Assembly (NCBI RefSeq): GCF_009914755.1
Contig: NC_060931.1
Length of the DNA: 64,000 nt
From: the human T2T-CHM13v2.0 reference genome, Homo sapiens
Strand: one strand, 5' to 3'
A program made the translations under genes and the position numbers. This document shows positions 47,816-61,849 of the stretch, piece by piece. The notes beneath the pieces are model-generated. The model did not search any database. It saw only the letters and a list, made by a program, of their open reading frames with translations, and was not told where the DNA came from. Every line of letters starts with the position of its first letter. Positions within the stretch are counted from its first letter, which is position 1.

Positions 47816-47902
47816 CACTTCACGCTTTTCCACTTCAAACCAGCGAGAGATGCCAGGCAAACTCTGCACCAAGTATAATGACGTTCTCTCCACCCAGAGA
47901 CT
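47816..47902 (-). CDS. DOCK4: DOCK4 coding exon, 87 nt: SLWVERTSLYLVQSLPGISRWFEVEKREV
   Basis: ttgtag| acceptor, GTG|GTAAGG donor. Confidence 0.96.
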
Positions 47903-48367
47903 CTACAAAACACAAAACACATTAAGTCTCCCAAGTTGCCCTTCTTTCTAGCTACTTCCATGACTAGTGTTTGTCGGTCACTGTTACCAGGCTTTGCTTA
48001 TTCCTGTCAGCCTTTCTTTAGTCTTCATTCAAGCACTCATGAAACTATCACAGTGAGAGATTGCTGAAGCTGATTTTAACAATTCCACTGTATGTCATCA
48101 AACTTTTTTCCATGTGGAATAAATGAGCTCCTACTTCAAACAGCAAGCTTAAAAATACAAAAATAGGCTATCATGTTATTTTCTTTGCTACTTCTCCAAG
48201 ATTCTAATTCAAACTCTCTTCACTCCTTAACATCTAACCACTTATATCCAGAAGGGTCAGCCAGTCAATGTATCAGCCTGTCAACGTAGAATTAGAACAA
48301 CAGAGTCCTAAGGGAAGCAAAGGCTTTAGGAACCACACAGCATGATCTATGTTAAGGATGAGGACAC

Positions 48368-48682
<315 letters not shown>

Positions 48683-50609
48683 TTAAAGCAGCAATGTGAC
48701 TTGCTCAAAAGCTACACTACCGATAGAGCCAGCATTAGAACCTACCCACTAGGACCTCTGACTCCTTGTCAGTTGCTAAATCTACTGTGCCACATTTTCT
48801 TGTGCTTGTTTGAACTGCTGTTAATAGAGGCAAATCTGTATTTTAGAGCCAGGGCTTCCTCTGGCCGGGACGAGCAACCCCAGGACATGTGAAACCATGC
48901 TGCCTTTGGTATGAGCTGCTGTTGATGACACGTTTCTTTTTTGTCAACCAGGTTTTAGTATCTACGCCTCATCTTTCTTACTTAAACCAAGTGTATTCCC
49001 AAGAGGATAATACACTTTACAAAATTCCTGAAATAGTGCCATTTACTCAAACCACAACAAAAAAAAAAATGGAAGAGTTTCTTTGAGCCAGCCAAGCTGT
49101 GCTGAGATGAATAGGGCAGAGATCCTGTGACAAGAGCTCGCAGTGTTCTGGTGGTGACAGGGAGGTAAGCAGATGAATAAGAGCTCAGAGTGAAGAGAAA
49201 GGGATGTTCAAGGCTTTGGGGGCCAACAGAGGGGGATGCAGGCACACACGCCAGCCTGCGGGAGGAGGACAGCAGTTCTCAGAGGGGGTGACGCGTGAGC
49301 TGCATTCTGAGGAGTGAGTAGGAGTTTGCCAGGAGGAGAGTGGGGGTAGCAGCGCTGGCAGGAGGAGCGGCTTGCGAAAGGGCTTGGCGGGAGAGGAAGA
49401 GAGAAGCTGAGTGTCGCGGAGGCTGAGAGGGAGGAGGGGTGAGTGGGTTGTGGTGGAGATGAGGCTTCTGGAGGGCAGTTTGGAGCCAGATTCTGAGGGC
49501 TATAAAGCAGAGGAATCAGGAGCCAGATTTATTATTATTATTTTTTAGGGAGATTGCTGCGCCACTGATACAGATTTAAAGTGACAGCCACAACGAAATG
49601 TAGTACGGTGGAAAAAACAATGGAGAAGGAGGCAGAAAATGTGAGTTCTAGGACTGGAGCTACCGGTAACTAGAAGGTGACTTTGAACAAGTCAATTGCC
49701 TGATTTCAGTGATTTCTGACTATGATTTCACTAAAAGCAACTGCAAGAAGAACTATATCATCAACTAGCTATATCTTCTTTAATTGATTTTGGAAGGCAC
49801 AAAGAATAAGTTTCCAGAAAAAACAAGAACATGATCATGGATCTTTTTAATACTATCCCATTGTTGTTTTCCAGTGGCCTCCTTGCCTTGATATTTAGCC
49901 CATCAAATCTCTGGGCACAAGGGACTGCTCTTTATTCAATCCTGTCATAACTCTGCAAAACCTTCCCCTTCTGATCTCCTCTCGGTTGTGAATGATCCCT
50001 GGAAATACTTCGGGGAGTACTGGGAACTGACACCGGCAGAGCTGACCAAGTGAGTTAACATGAGACAATCGTGTTAGGAGCACATTTCCTAGCTTAAGCA
50101 GGGAACATCTGTGATGAAAAATGCTAAGCCAATTAACTCACAAAAATAAGCTAATTTTGCATTCTTTGTTTAGATATGAAATACTAACTGGGGGGGGTGT
50201 CACTATGTCATTGTTTGCAAAGAAAGGGGCAGACTCTACTGAACAATCTTGCCTCTTTTCTGCAGTGGGGCTATGAGAAACCTTGTCCCATTCTGGCTGA
50301 GGGTGCTGAAGTAGGAAGGCGTGTTGGAACTACTGAGAGCAGAGAACTCAACACACACAAAGAATCCAAAATTTGCTTTTACTCGGAGTCCTGAGAAGTT
50401 CTAATTACACACTGTTCTAACAAGAACAAGCAGCAAAGATGGCACATAACTTACCCAACGTACCAGCAGTCTACCCAACTGTTCTCTGTCTTCAGGAACT
50501 CCTTTTCTCTGTTCATTATGTATTCTTTATTCATTGAACTTTACGTGAAAATAAACATCCCAAGATTCCCACAATTGGTTCAACATAAATGAATAAGAGG
50601 ACTGACTTC

Positions 50610-50790
50610 AGCCAGGAGTTCTCAAAGACTGGTCTAAGAACCACCAGCATTAGAATTGTTACAAAAAAGCTGATTTTAGGACCTCCTCCCAGACCAACTG
50701 AGTCAGAATTCCTGAGCTGGGCACCAGAAATCTGCTTGGTTAGGGAGCACTCCATGTCACTCTGATGCACGTGGAGCTGCAGAACCACTA
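50610..50790. mobile_element. MER5A-like hAT MITE
   Basis: gttctcaaag...ccagaccaactgagtcagaa...agaaccact. Confidence 0.7.
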
Positions 50791-50924
50791 GACTAAATGA
50801 TTTATATAGTCCCTTCTGTTTCTGTCACTTGACACTATTCTGAGTAAATATTTACCAAGGGCTGTGCCCCAAGGGGCTCGCAGTCTATCTGAGGAGTTAG
50901 CATGTAATAAGAATTGCATGGTAC

Positions 50925-51091
50925 CTTGAATTCATTCTCTTTATCTTTTGTGCCTTTGTGAAATGGTCGGTCATAGCGGAATTTCCAGATGTGATTCACT
51001 TTATAGAAGCTTTTGATGTTGTCCGGAACACCCTCTCTCTGCAGGACCTCCTGGCTCTCTGGAATGGGAGTCACAGCATATATCTGCAAAT
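50925..51091 (-). CDS. DOCK4: DOCK4 coding exon, 167 nt: (Y)LQIYAVTPIPESQEVLQREGVPDNIKSFYKVNHIWKFRYDRPFHKGTKDKENEFK
   Basis: tcctag| acceptor, AAG|GTACCA donor; overlaps ORF 50835..51089. Confidence 0.96.
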
Positions 51092-52481
51092 CTAGGATTC
51101 AAGAGTCAAGGAGAGAACCTGACTTGGCAAACTCCATGGAAGTCTGGCTTGGGCTGAGCTATGGCAGAGAGAAGAGGATGGGTAACAATCTTCTGTTTCC
51201 ATTTCAGTTGAAGTCATTAAAAAAATTACCAAGAAGACGCCAGGAACTCAGTTCTAGCAAATCACTTCTCAAACTACAGGTCTTGAACTAGTTCTAGGTA
51301 GGTGAAGTATCAGCTTGAAATTTCCATGACTTGAAAATTTTCATGACCTATGAATTTAGATATCACTAACTTGTGTGTGTGTATGTGTGTGTAGGTAGAT
51401 GGGAATGGTTTGGGCCTTAGATACTCAGAATTAGGATAATCCTAATCCTTGTTCATGAGACATCTATTAGTCTGTGCATGACACATTTAAATTTATTGTT
51501 TGCTTATAATAACATGTAAATACCTATGCAACCATGACCAAAGACAGAAACTAGAACACTGACGATGACTTACATTTATCTGTGTGATTATCTGTGTCCC
51601 TAGCCTTCCCACATCTGTGATAACTGCTGTCCCAAATCTTGTATTCATATGCAGGGTGTTTAGTTATAGTTTATATTTTTAAAAATTACATTAAAGGAGT
51701 ATCATATTAACTTGTATATTTACCTCCTTCTCTTCTTATTTAAAGAAAGATAGCAAAATATTTTTCCTATGTACTTTCTTGCATGTCTTGCATTTTGGTT
51801 TCTGCTTTGAAATGGTATTCATAATTGTCAGTGGAAGTTTTAAAAGTGTTTTTTAAGACCATCAGTTTCAGGAAAAGGCAGAGGGGTTCAGAAAAGAGTG
51901 CTGGGGTGAACTGCCTTTGTCTCTAACACCTATATAATTTCAGCTCAGTTGTTTGTGTTTAGACAATAAGAGCATGAATTATACAGCAATGATTAAAGGC
52001 TGTTCAGGATGCCATAGCTAAAAGCCCCCAAAAGATACTGGAGTAGCTCTTTCTCTTCCATTCCTCATTCCAGAATACAAATAATCAGGGTGGGGGGAGG
52101 GGTGAATAATATGTGCCAGTAAACACAATACTATGATTTTCTTGAACTTAAGCAGTTTCCACAGGATATGTCAAAGGAAGATTATTCTAAAGGATGTCAC
52201 TAAAAAAGAGCTTTAAAGGCAAGGTTGAGCTATACAAGAGGTTTAATTAAAAGGGAAAAATTCTTTCAAGAGAGTTCTTTCAACTGACATCATCGTAATA
52301 AATAGAACAATTAAGTTCTATTCAGAAGGAGTTAAGCTAAAATTAAGATGATGGGAAAGAGGGAGCAGTAACGATGTGGCTATTGAAAAGGGACTGGTGG
52401 CTGAACAACCTTGCATGGAAATGCTCTGCAGCTAAGAGCCAGTGCAATCTCACTGAGTCCAGCCCTTGTAGGTGCGGATAC
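51092..52481 (-). other. DOCK4: U12-type (minor spliceosome) GT-AG intron of DOCK4
   Basis: Donor GTATCC; branch site TCCTTGAC (51105-51112) with the branch A 14 nt from the end of the intron; no long pyrimidine tract between branch site and AG. Confidence 0.85.
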
Positions 52482-52623
52482 ACTGAGCTTCTGCCTGGAA
52501 GATGGTCTCATCGGGCTGGTTGGCGTGCTGCATGGCGATGGCATGGGGGAACTCGTTCAGCATTCTCTGTTGGAAGGCTTCCAGCCTCTCGTAGTCATGC
52601 CCTCGACACACAAACTCCTTATT
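52482..52623 (-). CDS. DOCK4: DOCK4 coding exon, 142 nt: NKEFVCRGHDYERLEAFQQRMLNEFPHAIAMQHANQPDETIFQAEAQ(Y)
   Basis: Pyrimidine tract plus ctccag| acceptor; donor T|GTATCCGC (U12-like); the split codon T|AT joins the next exon in frame. Confidence 0.95.
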
Positions 52624-53034
52624 CTGGAGATGAAAGCAAAAAAGAAATTAGGGCTATATAACTGAGTGGATTACAGACAGAGCCAAAAAACATGACACTG
52701 GCAGTAACTGACCACATGCCCCATACCAAGACACTATAACAAAAATTACGCTGGAACAATCTGAAAAGTTTGCCCAATTGTTAAAAATGCAGATAAAGAT
52801 CATGAGTTCACTCTCTACTGCATTTAATAAGGCCCAATAGAATGCCTCACTCTTCCCGGTTCACTTGCATGAGGTGCAAAGAGGTGGATTCTCAGAGCAC
52901 CAAAGTATGAAAACAAAACAATTGTATCCCTCTAAATGTTAATAAGCACATGTGTAAAGATTATTTTTATAAAGTACATATCAAATTCATGTGGGTAATT
53001 TCACAATTTGGAGGAAAAGTAAATTTGTTGTCTG

Positions 53035-53040
<6 letters not shown>

Positions 53041-53083
<43 letters not shown>
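53041..53083 (+). repeat. (GT)n microsatellite, ~21 units
   Basis: Uninterrupted gt repeat. Confidence 0.98.
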
Positions 53084-53085
<2 letters not shown>

Positions 53086-53365
53086 TATTCTGCCGTTCAT
53101 GATGCTCTCCTTCAGTTAAGAATGGTGAAGGTTATTTCTGAGGTAGGTTAAGACAGCTGGAAAGATGGGAAGGTTTCCAAAAAGTACCTGAATGATCTGA
53201 TTAGATATGACGGATCTCTGACATTTTAATGATAATGAAGTTGTAATTGAGCACAGTCATTGATGAAGCACACTGCATGTCTTATTTAACTCATATAAGC
53301 TTGAGAGGTAGTCAGTGCCCCCTACAACACCCCATTTTATAATTGGGGAACCAGGGCTTAAAGTC

Positions 53366-53662
53366 TTTTTTTTTTTTTTTTAAGATGGAGTCTCACTCTG
53401 TTGCCCCGGCTGGCATGCAGTGGTATGATCTCAGCTTACTGCAGCCTCCGTCTCCCACTTCAAGCAATTCTTCTGCTTCAGCCTCCCAAGTAGCTAGAAT
53501 GACAGGTGTGCACTACCATGCCCAGCTAATTTTTATATTTTTAGTAGAGATGGGGTTTCACTGTGTTGGCCAGGCTGGCCTTGAACTCCTGGCCTCAGGT
53601 GATCTGCCTGTCTCGGCCTCCCATAGTGCTGGGATTACAGGTGTGAGCCACCACGCCTGGCC
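53366..53662 (-). mobile_element. Alu (AluS-type) inside a MIR remnant
   Basis: Antisense dimer; ggcttaa on both sides. Confidence 0.95.
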
Positions 53663-54489
53663 ATGGCTTAATGTCTTGAAATACTTTGTCCACGTGTACT
53701 AGATTGAAATTCTGGTCTGAGTCCAAACCCTGGGCTCTTTCTACTCTGAACATGGCCTAGTGTATGCAGGAAAAACACCTAGGAGCTACCAAGACCAGGA
53801 AAACTTGTGGGATCTCAGGCCCTGGAGATCTTCAAGTTAAGGGGAGATCAGTTTGGGGCCTAGAGGAGCTGAGGTCCAAGGTTTTCTCTGTTTTTCCGCT
53901 CTATGAGGTTCTTATGTAAAACGCCGTAAAGAGGGACTCCAGGCCACAGAGAGGGAGTGAGAAACAAGTCATGGGCAGAGGCTCAGTTCTTCCGCAGGGA
54001 AAGGGCAGCTGCAGGCAGGTAGAGGAAATACAGCAGGAACTGGGCTGGATAACCTACCTCGGTTCCCCACAAACCCCTAAATATATCATGATCTTTTGAA
54101 AAACACAAGGTTAGGGCAGGCTCTACCTATAATTGTGGACCCCATACAATTCTAGATTTAAAACTTTATAGATAAAAGTTACAATTTCTGATGCTGTATT
54201 TTAAAAATTCTACTCAAAAGATAATTAATTTGCTTGGTAAAATAAAAGACAATACATCCCTCTCTGCCTATTACAGGAGCCCCCAAATAAATATTTGAAT
54301 ATCCTAGTAAATGAAATATATTTTAAAACAAACAATGCTTATATATGACAGTTTGTAAAAATCAGGGCATTTGCTCTAAGAATACAGGCATTCAATGGTA
54401 TTAAGAAGCCATTTTAAAATAAAATGAAATTTTGGGTCTGATATTTGGGTCTCTAAGAAATAAAGCATCTTCCTTATCAGTACTCTTTT

Positions 54490-55045
54490 TTTTTCTAAAA
54501 AAACACATAGATTTATTGAGATATAATTCACATACAATAAAATCCACCTTTTAAAAATGTGCAATTCAGTGGTTTTTAGTATATTTATAGAGTTGTGCAA
54601 ACATTAACAAAATTTAATTTCAGAATCTTTTCATCATGTCAAAAAGAAACCCTATACTCATTAGCAGTTACTTCCTATTTTTCTCTTCCTCCAGCCAGTC
54701 ACAATACTACTTTTTGTTTCTATGGATTTGCCTATTATGGAATTATACAATGTGCTGGCCTTTTGTGACTAGCTTTTACTTAACATAGTATTTTTAAAGT
54801 TCATCCATTTTGTAGCACATATAAGTATTTCCTTTGTTTTTATTGCTGAGTATCATTGCATAGATATGCTGTGTTTTGTTTACCCATTCATCAGTTAATA
54901 GATATTTGGGCAGTTTCTACATTTTGGCTATTATGAATAATGCTGCTATGACGATTCAGATACAAGTATTTGTGTAAATATATATTTTCAATTTTCTTAA
55001 GCATGTATATAGAAGTAGAACTTCTGCGTTAATATTCTTTAAATA
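54490..55045 (-). mobile_element. L1M (L1MB-like) 3' fragment
   Basis: ttattgagatataattcacatac...ttggctattatgaataatgctgctatga. Confidence 0.85.
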
Positions 55046-55049
55046 ACCC

Positions 55050-55424
<375 letters not shown>

Positions 55425-57438
55425 TAGATCATAAAAGTGGATAAATGTATTTGAGTGCTAAAAATTATCTTGGAAATTGATCAAACAACAAAAGACTTCT
55501 GGCCTCAAGCAATTCTCTTGCCTTGGCCTCCCAAAGTGCTGGGATTACAGGTGTGAGCCACTGTGCCTGGCCAAAAGGATGTTTTTAATGTTGATATTTG
55601 TTTGCTTTTAAATCCAAGACCAGACTAGAATCTGATTCCTTAAAAAAAAGGTCAGGCTCCAGGATTCTGAAGAGTGTAGTGCCCTTTAGAAACCAACAGA
55701 GGGGGACCCTTCTCTTTCATTGTGAAGCAAATGCCATTTATACCCAGGAAAGCTATTTTTAAAAGAAGAATGATATAGAAGATAGATTTATTCTAATTGA
55801 CTTTTTAACAAAATTTATTCTATTTGCTAATGCAGTTTTCCAATTTGCTAAACTCTCTTTAAAATTATGACTCTTAAACTACTTCTAATTTTTTAAAACT
55901 TTATACTTTTAATTATAATCTTTCAGACATGACTCTGCCAACAATGTCATGTCTGTTTGTGCCAACAGAGGGAGACGACCTACTGTGGCAGGGTCGTGTC
56001 TAGACCCTGCTGCGCAATCCCCAGCCCTCTGTGTGGCTATAGCTCTAGACTGTCTGCTGCTCTAACTCAGAACCTGGATCCAGGCCATCTGCAGTCCTTA
56101 GGGGGTTGCTCATAACAGCTTGGGATCAGCTACACCTCCAAAACGTAGTCTTTTAAATTCAACATGTATTCTGACTTTGCCATTTTTTAATTTTCATTTT
56201 CTGGGGGTCTTGCTCTGTTGTCCAGAGTGGTCTGGAACTGTGCTCAAGTGATACTCCTATCTCAGCCTCCCAAGTTTTTGGGATTACAGTGTGCCACTGT
56301 GCCCACTTGCTGCTGTTTTTGATCAGGAATCAAGATTTCCTCCAGTTTTAGGCAGGCCCACCTGCAAAGTCAGCTTTGTGACCGCCCACTACACTGTGTG
56401 GAGTCTCTTTTAATGCAACAAGGAGATTTCACATTATGTCTGTGTAGCACCCAAATGCATGGTCATTTCAACTGACTAAAGAAAACATCTGTTCCACGTG
56501 ATACTAAAATGAACCTGTATTGGATATTTTGGGATCTACCTATCTGTCTTTTTCATTCTGAAAGGCAGATAATGATTATTAAACAATAAAGTGAAATCTT
56601 TCTCTTCTTCTCCAAGTACACCCATCCTAGTATTCTGTCATATGTGCTGACAGGCAAGATTTAGGTAAACACAAACATCAAAATATTTCTGTATTGAGAA
56701 CTAAAGTTGTAACAATTGATTCAATTTTATAAACTATCCCAGATACCTTTCCTTAGTTGCTTGGGGAATTACATTTGCTCTTTTAAGCAATGTTTTTGTA
56801 CAAGGAAGGTGTATATACTGAAGTATTCAATAAATATTCAAGCATAGAAGACACTACTGGGCAGAATGTGAAAAATGAAAAGAATGGAGTTGAATATTTT
56901 ATTATCTTATAGGTGTCTTAGAATGTCTAAAAGTTTTCTCTTTGTAGAAATGGAGTTTATACTAGCAATAAATTGGGTCTCTTTGCTGGGTGACATTTAT
57001 CTTTTTACAAATTCATCAAAATGGCCAAACAACACTCTTTACATGGTGCTGGAGGTAGGGTTTTCACATGATGTGAAACTGCATTGCTTTCGATACTCTG
57101 CAACTCCAAGCCTCCTGCAGTGCCCCACCATTTTTTTTCTAATACTAACTTGATGGAAATTGCAGACTGAATTAAAATAGTGGGTATCAGACAAGGGAAA
57201 CTATAATTATCAAAGATTGCTCACAAAATATACCAAATTTAGGAAGGGGTTGATTGCTATCTCGGAAATTATTTAAACAAGGCATTCTAGATTAATATAG
57301 TGTCTGCAAAGTAAAAGTTTAAAAAAAGTCTCATGCATATTATTACCTGTCATATAAAATGTCATTAACATCTTAGTTTTCTTGATTGGGATATCTATAT
57401 GAGAGCTGTGAAAGCAAATTAAATAGTATATTACTTAC

Positions 57439-57543
57439 TCTTAAGAAAAATGGAAATTTTTTTCCATAAAATCCAACTCTGAAGAACTCTGGTTCAAGAC
57501 GTTGCTGGTCCATAATTTTGTCATACAAAGAGGCTTCCATCAT
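57439..57543 (-). CDS. DOCK4: DOCK4 coding exon, 105 nt: MMEASLYDKIMDQQRLEPEFFRVGFYGKKFPFFLR
   Basis: ttctag| acceptor, AGA|GTAAGT donor; contains the DHR2 motif FRVGFYG. Confidence 0.96.
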
Positions 57544-57692
57544 CTAGAAAGCACAGGAAACATTCTAAGCATTTTATCTCATCTTTCGGTTCTATCAAAT
57601 TTATAGAATAAGATTTCTTTTTTACATAAAGGAGAACTTTATTTTAATTGAGTTTGCTGGAAAGAAAGTTTGACTTTCTTTTTGATGCTTTA

Positions 57693-57817
57693 AGTCGGGG
57701 ATTGGCAAATTTCCTCTATAAATGTCCAGAGACTATTTCACATTTTGCAGGCCATATCGTCTCTTCACAACTACTTAATTCTGCTAGGCCCACAGGCTGT
57801 AGTTTGCTGATCCCTGC
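57693..57817. mobile_element. MER58-like hAT MITE (internally deleted)
   Basis: ggggattggcaaat...ttgcaggccata...gtagtttgctgatccctg. Confidence 0.7.
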
Positions 57818-59352
57818 TTTAAAGGATCAAGTGTATTATCACATGTTATCCCCAGAGAAAAATTATTTCTATGCATGTAGTCCTATCAAGAAAAATATTT
57901 TCTTCACAATCAAGTAGAAATTAACATGAATTATTAGAGGCAAAACTTTTCTAGAGAATTCTTGTGCCAGATGTACTTACCTGTGGGTTTGCCTCCACCT
58001 GGCACATGGTAATTCAGGACATTTGGAAGGTGCAATCTTGCACAGGTTGGGCAAGGATAAAACAACAAACCAAACCAAAGGAGACCCATAGTGCAAAGTG
58101 CTGTCTGGGCTGAAAGCTCTTAAGTGCGCCTGACAATGTTGAAACTATGAAGCATATAAAGCTTATGGTTTCCCATTCATGGTATTATCATCCCCAGGGT
58201 TTCCAGAGAAAGACTAATATTACACTTAAAGATTCCCCCTCTATCCCCCCTCTAGTAACAGCACCCCAAAGAGCAGTTGGCATGAAGTGTAATGCTTTGG
58301 GTTTATAAAAATCTTAGTGACTATGGCACCCAAGGGCTCTCACAAGTAAACATCATCACCTCGCTTCTGTTACAGGGACAGGATGCCAAGAGATGAACAG
58401 CAATGTTTTCATATAAAACTGCAGTGCCTGCCAGAGTCAACATGATGGACTGAAGTTAAAACAAGCTTTTTCTCTTTCGTTTTCATGTTAGGAGAAGTAT
58501 CGATGAACTGCTGACATGAAATACTGTGCCAAAAGGACAGAGTCAGTTCCTGCCAGTTGAATAAATTCCTTGTTGGGATATAAGGGATTTTATGAGCTGT
58601 TACAGGTTTATGGTATTATCTCTTAAATGGCTACCTCAAAATTAAAAGGCAATATTGTACTCTTTTTTTTAATGTATAAAAACTGATGATCCTATTTTAG
58701 AAACCCTGAAGAACTGAAGCACTCAGCAGGATCTTGTGTATTACAAGATGACACAAACGTTCATGTTGCTCAAGAGTAAGGACTTGGAGGGCAAGGAGGA
58801 CTTGTTTGAACCTAAGAGCAAAGCAGATATAAAACATTTGGTTCAGAGAAACAGAATACTCAACTCCTTGAGCTCTTAGGTACTGAAACGTTGATCTAAG
58901 TCCAGCAAATAAAAACACATTGCTGAAGCTAAAGAGAGGTGACACCTACAGAATTTGGCCCTAAATTATTTAGAAATAGGTCAGCCATTCCTACAGATTT
59001 GCAGATTATGGGACTAAGAATGGTATATTGTTACAGAAACTTATGTGTAAGTGGAAACTCTTCAAACAGGGTGGAGATTTTCCACAATAAACTAAAAGTG
59101 TTAATCCTGGATTAGATTGTATATTTCATATGTGGTATTTAAAACAGATCAAGTGCTCACTTTTTTATATTAAATAAAAGCATTACACAAATCAATTTGC
59201 TATTTCTCTATATAAATAGCTAAGTATGCTTCAGAGGATTTATCTTAAAAAGGGTTTCTGCAAGACCACAAAGTTAATTTCATAGAACCACACTGGAAAG
59301 CTAATCACAAAGGGAGGCTATGGCCTGATCAGGATGCATCCAGGCACCTTAC

Positions 59353-59439
59353 CCGCATCTTGCTCAGGTTTCTGTAGTCATAATAACTCTCATACTGCTC
59401 TGCAATCTTCCGGCACAAGATAATGCCATTCTCCCAACA
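59353..59439 (-). CDS. DOCK4: DOCK4 coding exon, 87 nt: CWENGIILCRKIAEQYESYYDYRNLSKMR
   Basis: ccacag| acceptor, CGG|GTAAGG donor, phase 0-0. Confidence 0.96.
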
Positions 59440-59476
59440 CTGTGGACAAATGAATGAGATCAATGGAACCATCTGA

Positions 59477-59845
<369 letters not shown>

Positions 59846-60222
59846 ACTTCTTAATCTTTATAAAACACCTTGAGACTTCAAGCTTGAAAACACCATGTAA
59901 TTGAAATGTAAATTATTAAAAATCCTTTGAATGCTGGAAACGATAATCTACCACAACAGTCATTAATATATTGTACATGAACTATATTTTCTGGTGTCAT
60001 TCCAGAATCATCTTGAAATGACTACAGTTCCACAATGGCCGAGTAGATGGATATAAACAGGCCCTCAGTGCAGAGGAGAGAATTACCACTGACCCCTAAG
60101 GCCCAATTATCTGTGACTGGTACCCTGGATTCCTTGCTTGGCTTAGTTGTGCTTGCAAATTGTGAGAGGTCTAACCAAGTTGGTTACTCTCAGCAGAAAT
60201 GTAAAAATTCTTTAATCTAGTA

Positions 60223-60552
60223 TAGGTGTCAGCAAACATTTTCTGCAAAGGGCCAGAAAGTCAAAACTTTAGTCTTTGAGGACCATTTAGTTTTTGTCAC
60301 AACTCTGCTGTACTCAATTCTGCTGTTATAGCACCAAAGCAGCCATAGACACAATTAAGCATGGCTGTGTTCCAATAAGAATTTAGGGACACTAAAATGT
60401 GCATTTCATATCATTTTCACATGTCCCAAAATGTTATGATTCCTTTGATTTCTTTCAACCATTTAAAAACGTAAAAGAGATTTGTAGCTTTGGGGCTGTA
60501 CAGAAACAGACAGTGAGCCATTTGACCTGTGGACCATAGTTTGCAACCCCTG
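60223..60552. mobile_element. MER58B-like hAT MITE
   Basis: ggtgtcagcaaac...aagggccaga...aaagcagccatagac...catagtttgcaacccctg. Confidence 0.8.
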
Positions 60553-61168
60553 ATCTAGCACAGACTCCCGGGGATGGACCAATAAATGAATTCAGAGAGT
60601 TTGCACCACTTTATCCCACAGGTGGAAACTTTACAGCAGGAGGGCACAAAAACATTTCTTTTGGTATTCATGTAATGATATGTCAGTGTACCTAGATAAA
60701 TAATAAAGGAAGATGTGGAAGAAGCAACTTCCTTGCATCAAATTTTTACGTGTACCCAATTATATTTTGTAAAAGAATTACAGCCATTGGTTGTATTTTA
60801 ATTTTCTGTTTAACCTTTGCAATCTGGAAGATAAATTTGAGTCTAAGACATGTACCACCAAAGCATCCAAGTGTTCAAATCCAATAAACAATGGCGGTCA
60901 GATTCATGAATTTTTTAAAAGAGTACTACAAGCCCTTGAAGAGGGGTAGGAAGTGGAGGGAGGTGATGTACTGAATTGCTTTATGAAGTCAGTGAGGTTT
61001 TTTCAACACCTCAAGGCATCTCTTAAGTATATGATGGGATGCCACAAAATTCTTTAAACAAATTAAGTTTCATATATTTTACCTTAAAGTATAATGGAGC
61101 AGAATGCATGCCAATTTCGGGAGAGTGTGAAGGATGATAATGGTTTTTCAGAGAATACAATATCTGCG

Positions 61169-61509
61169 TGCTATGGTCTGCATGTTTGGGTCTCTGACAA
61201 ATTCATATGTTGAAATCCTAACCCCCAGGGTAATGGTATTAGGAAATGGGGTCTTTGGAAGTGATTAGGTCATGAGGGTAGAGCCCTCACGAATGGCATT
61301 AGTGCCCTTATAAAAGAGGCCCCAGAGAGTTAGCCAGCCCCTTTCACCATGTGAAGATACAGCAAGATGGCCCTCACCAGACACTGTATCTGCCAGGGCC
61401 TTGATCTTGAACTTCTCAGCCTTCAGAAATGTGAAAAATAAATTTCTGTTGTTTATAAGCTACCCAGTCTAGGGTATTTTGCTAAAGCCGCCACGAATGG
61501 ACTATGTTA
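61169..61509 (+). mobile_element. MaLR LTR (MLT1A/MST-like)
   Basis: tgctatggtctg...aaattcatatgttgaaatcctaacccc...aaataaatttctgttgtttataagctacccagtct. Confidence 0.85.
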
Positions 61510-61529
61510 CTGGGGATCAAAATCTCTAA

Positions 61530-61752
61530 ATCGGTGTTTATCAAAGTGTAATGAAAAGGTCATGCACATTGGACTCTCCTAGGGTCCTTGTTAAAATCAC
61601 AGATTCCCCAGCCTCATGCCAGACAAGGCACGAATCAGAATGGCTCATTCAGAATCAAAATGAATCAGAATGGCTAGGAGTGGCACCTAGGAATCTGCAT
61701 TTTAACAAGCTTTTGGGTGTTTCTAATATACATTAAGATGTGAGGATCCCTG
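61530..61752. mobile_element. MER5-like hAT MITE with an internal gaatcagaatggct duplication
   Basis: cttgttaaaatcacagattcc...aggaatctgcattttaacaagc. Confidence 0.7.
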
Positions 61753-61849
61753 CTTAAGGAGGTGGGCATTCATAAACTAGAAATGAAAGGGAAAGGGACA
61801 TCAACACCATCACCCCAGGAGGGACCCCGGGCGGGGCAGGGCCACTTAC

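Noticed and set aside
55960-55978. Weak CTCF-like ccaacagaggg motifs (also ~49222, ~55692)
   Set aside because: They lack the conserved GGCRS 3' half; too weak to call
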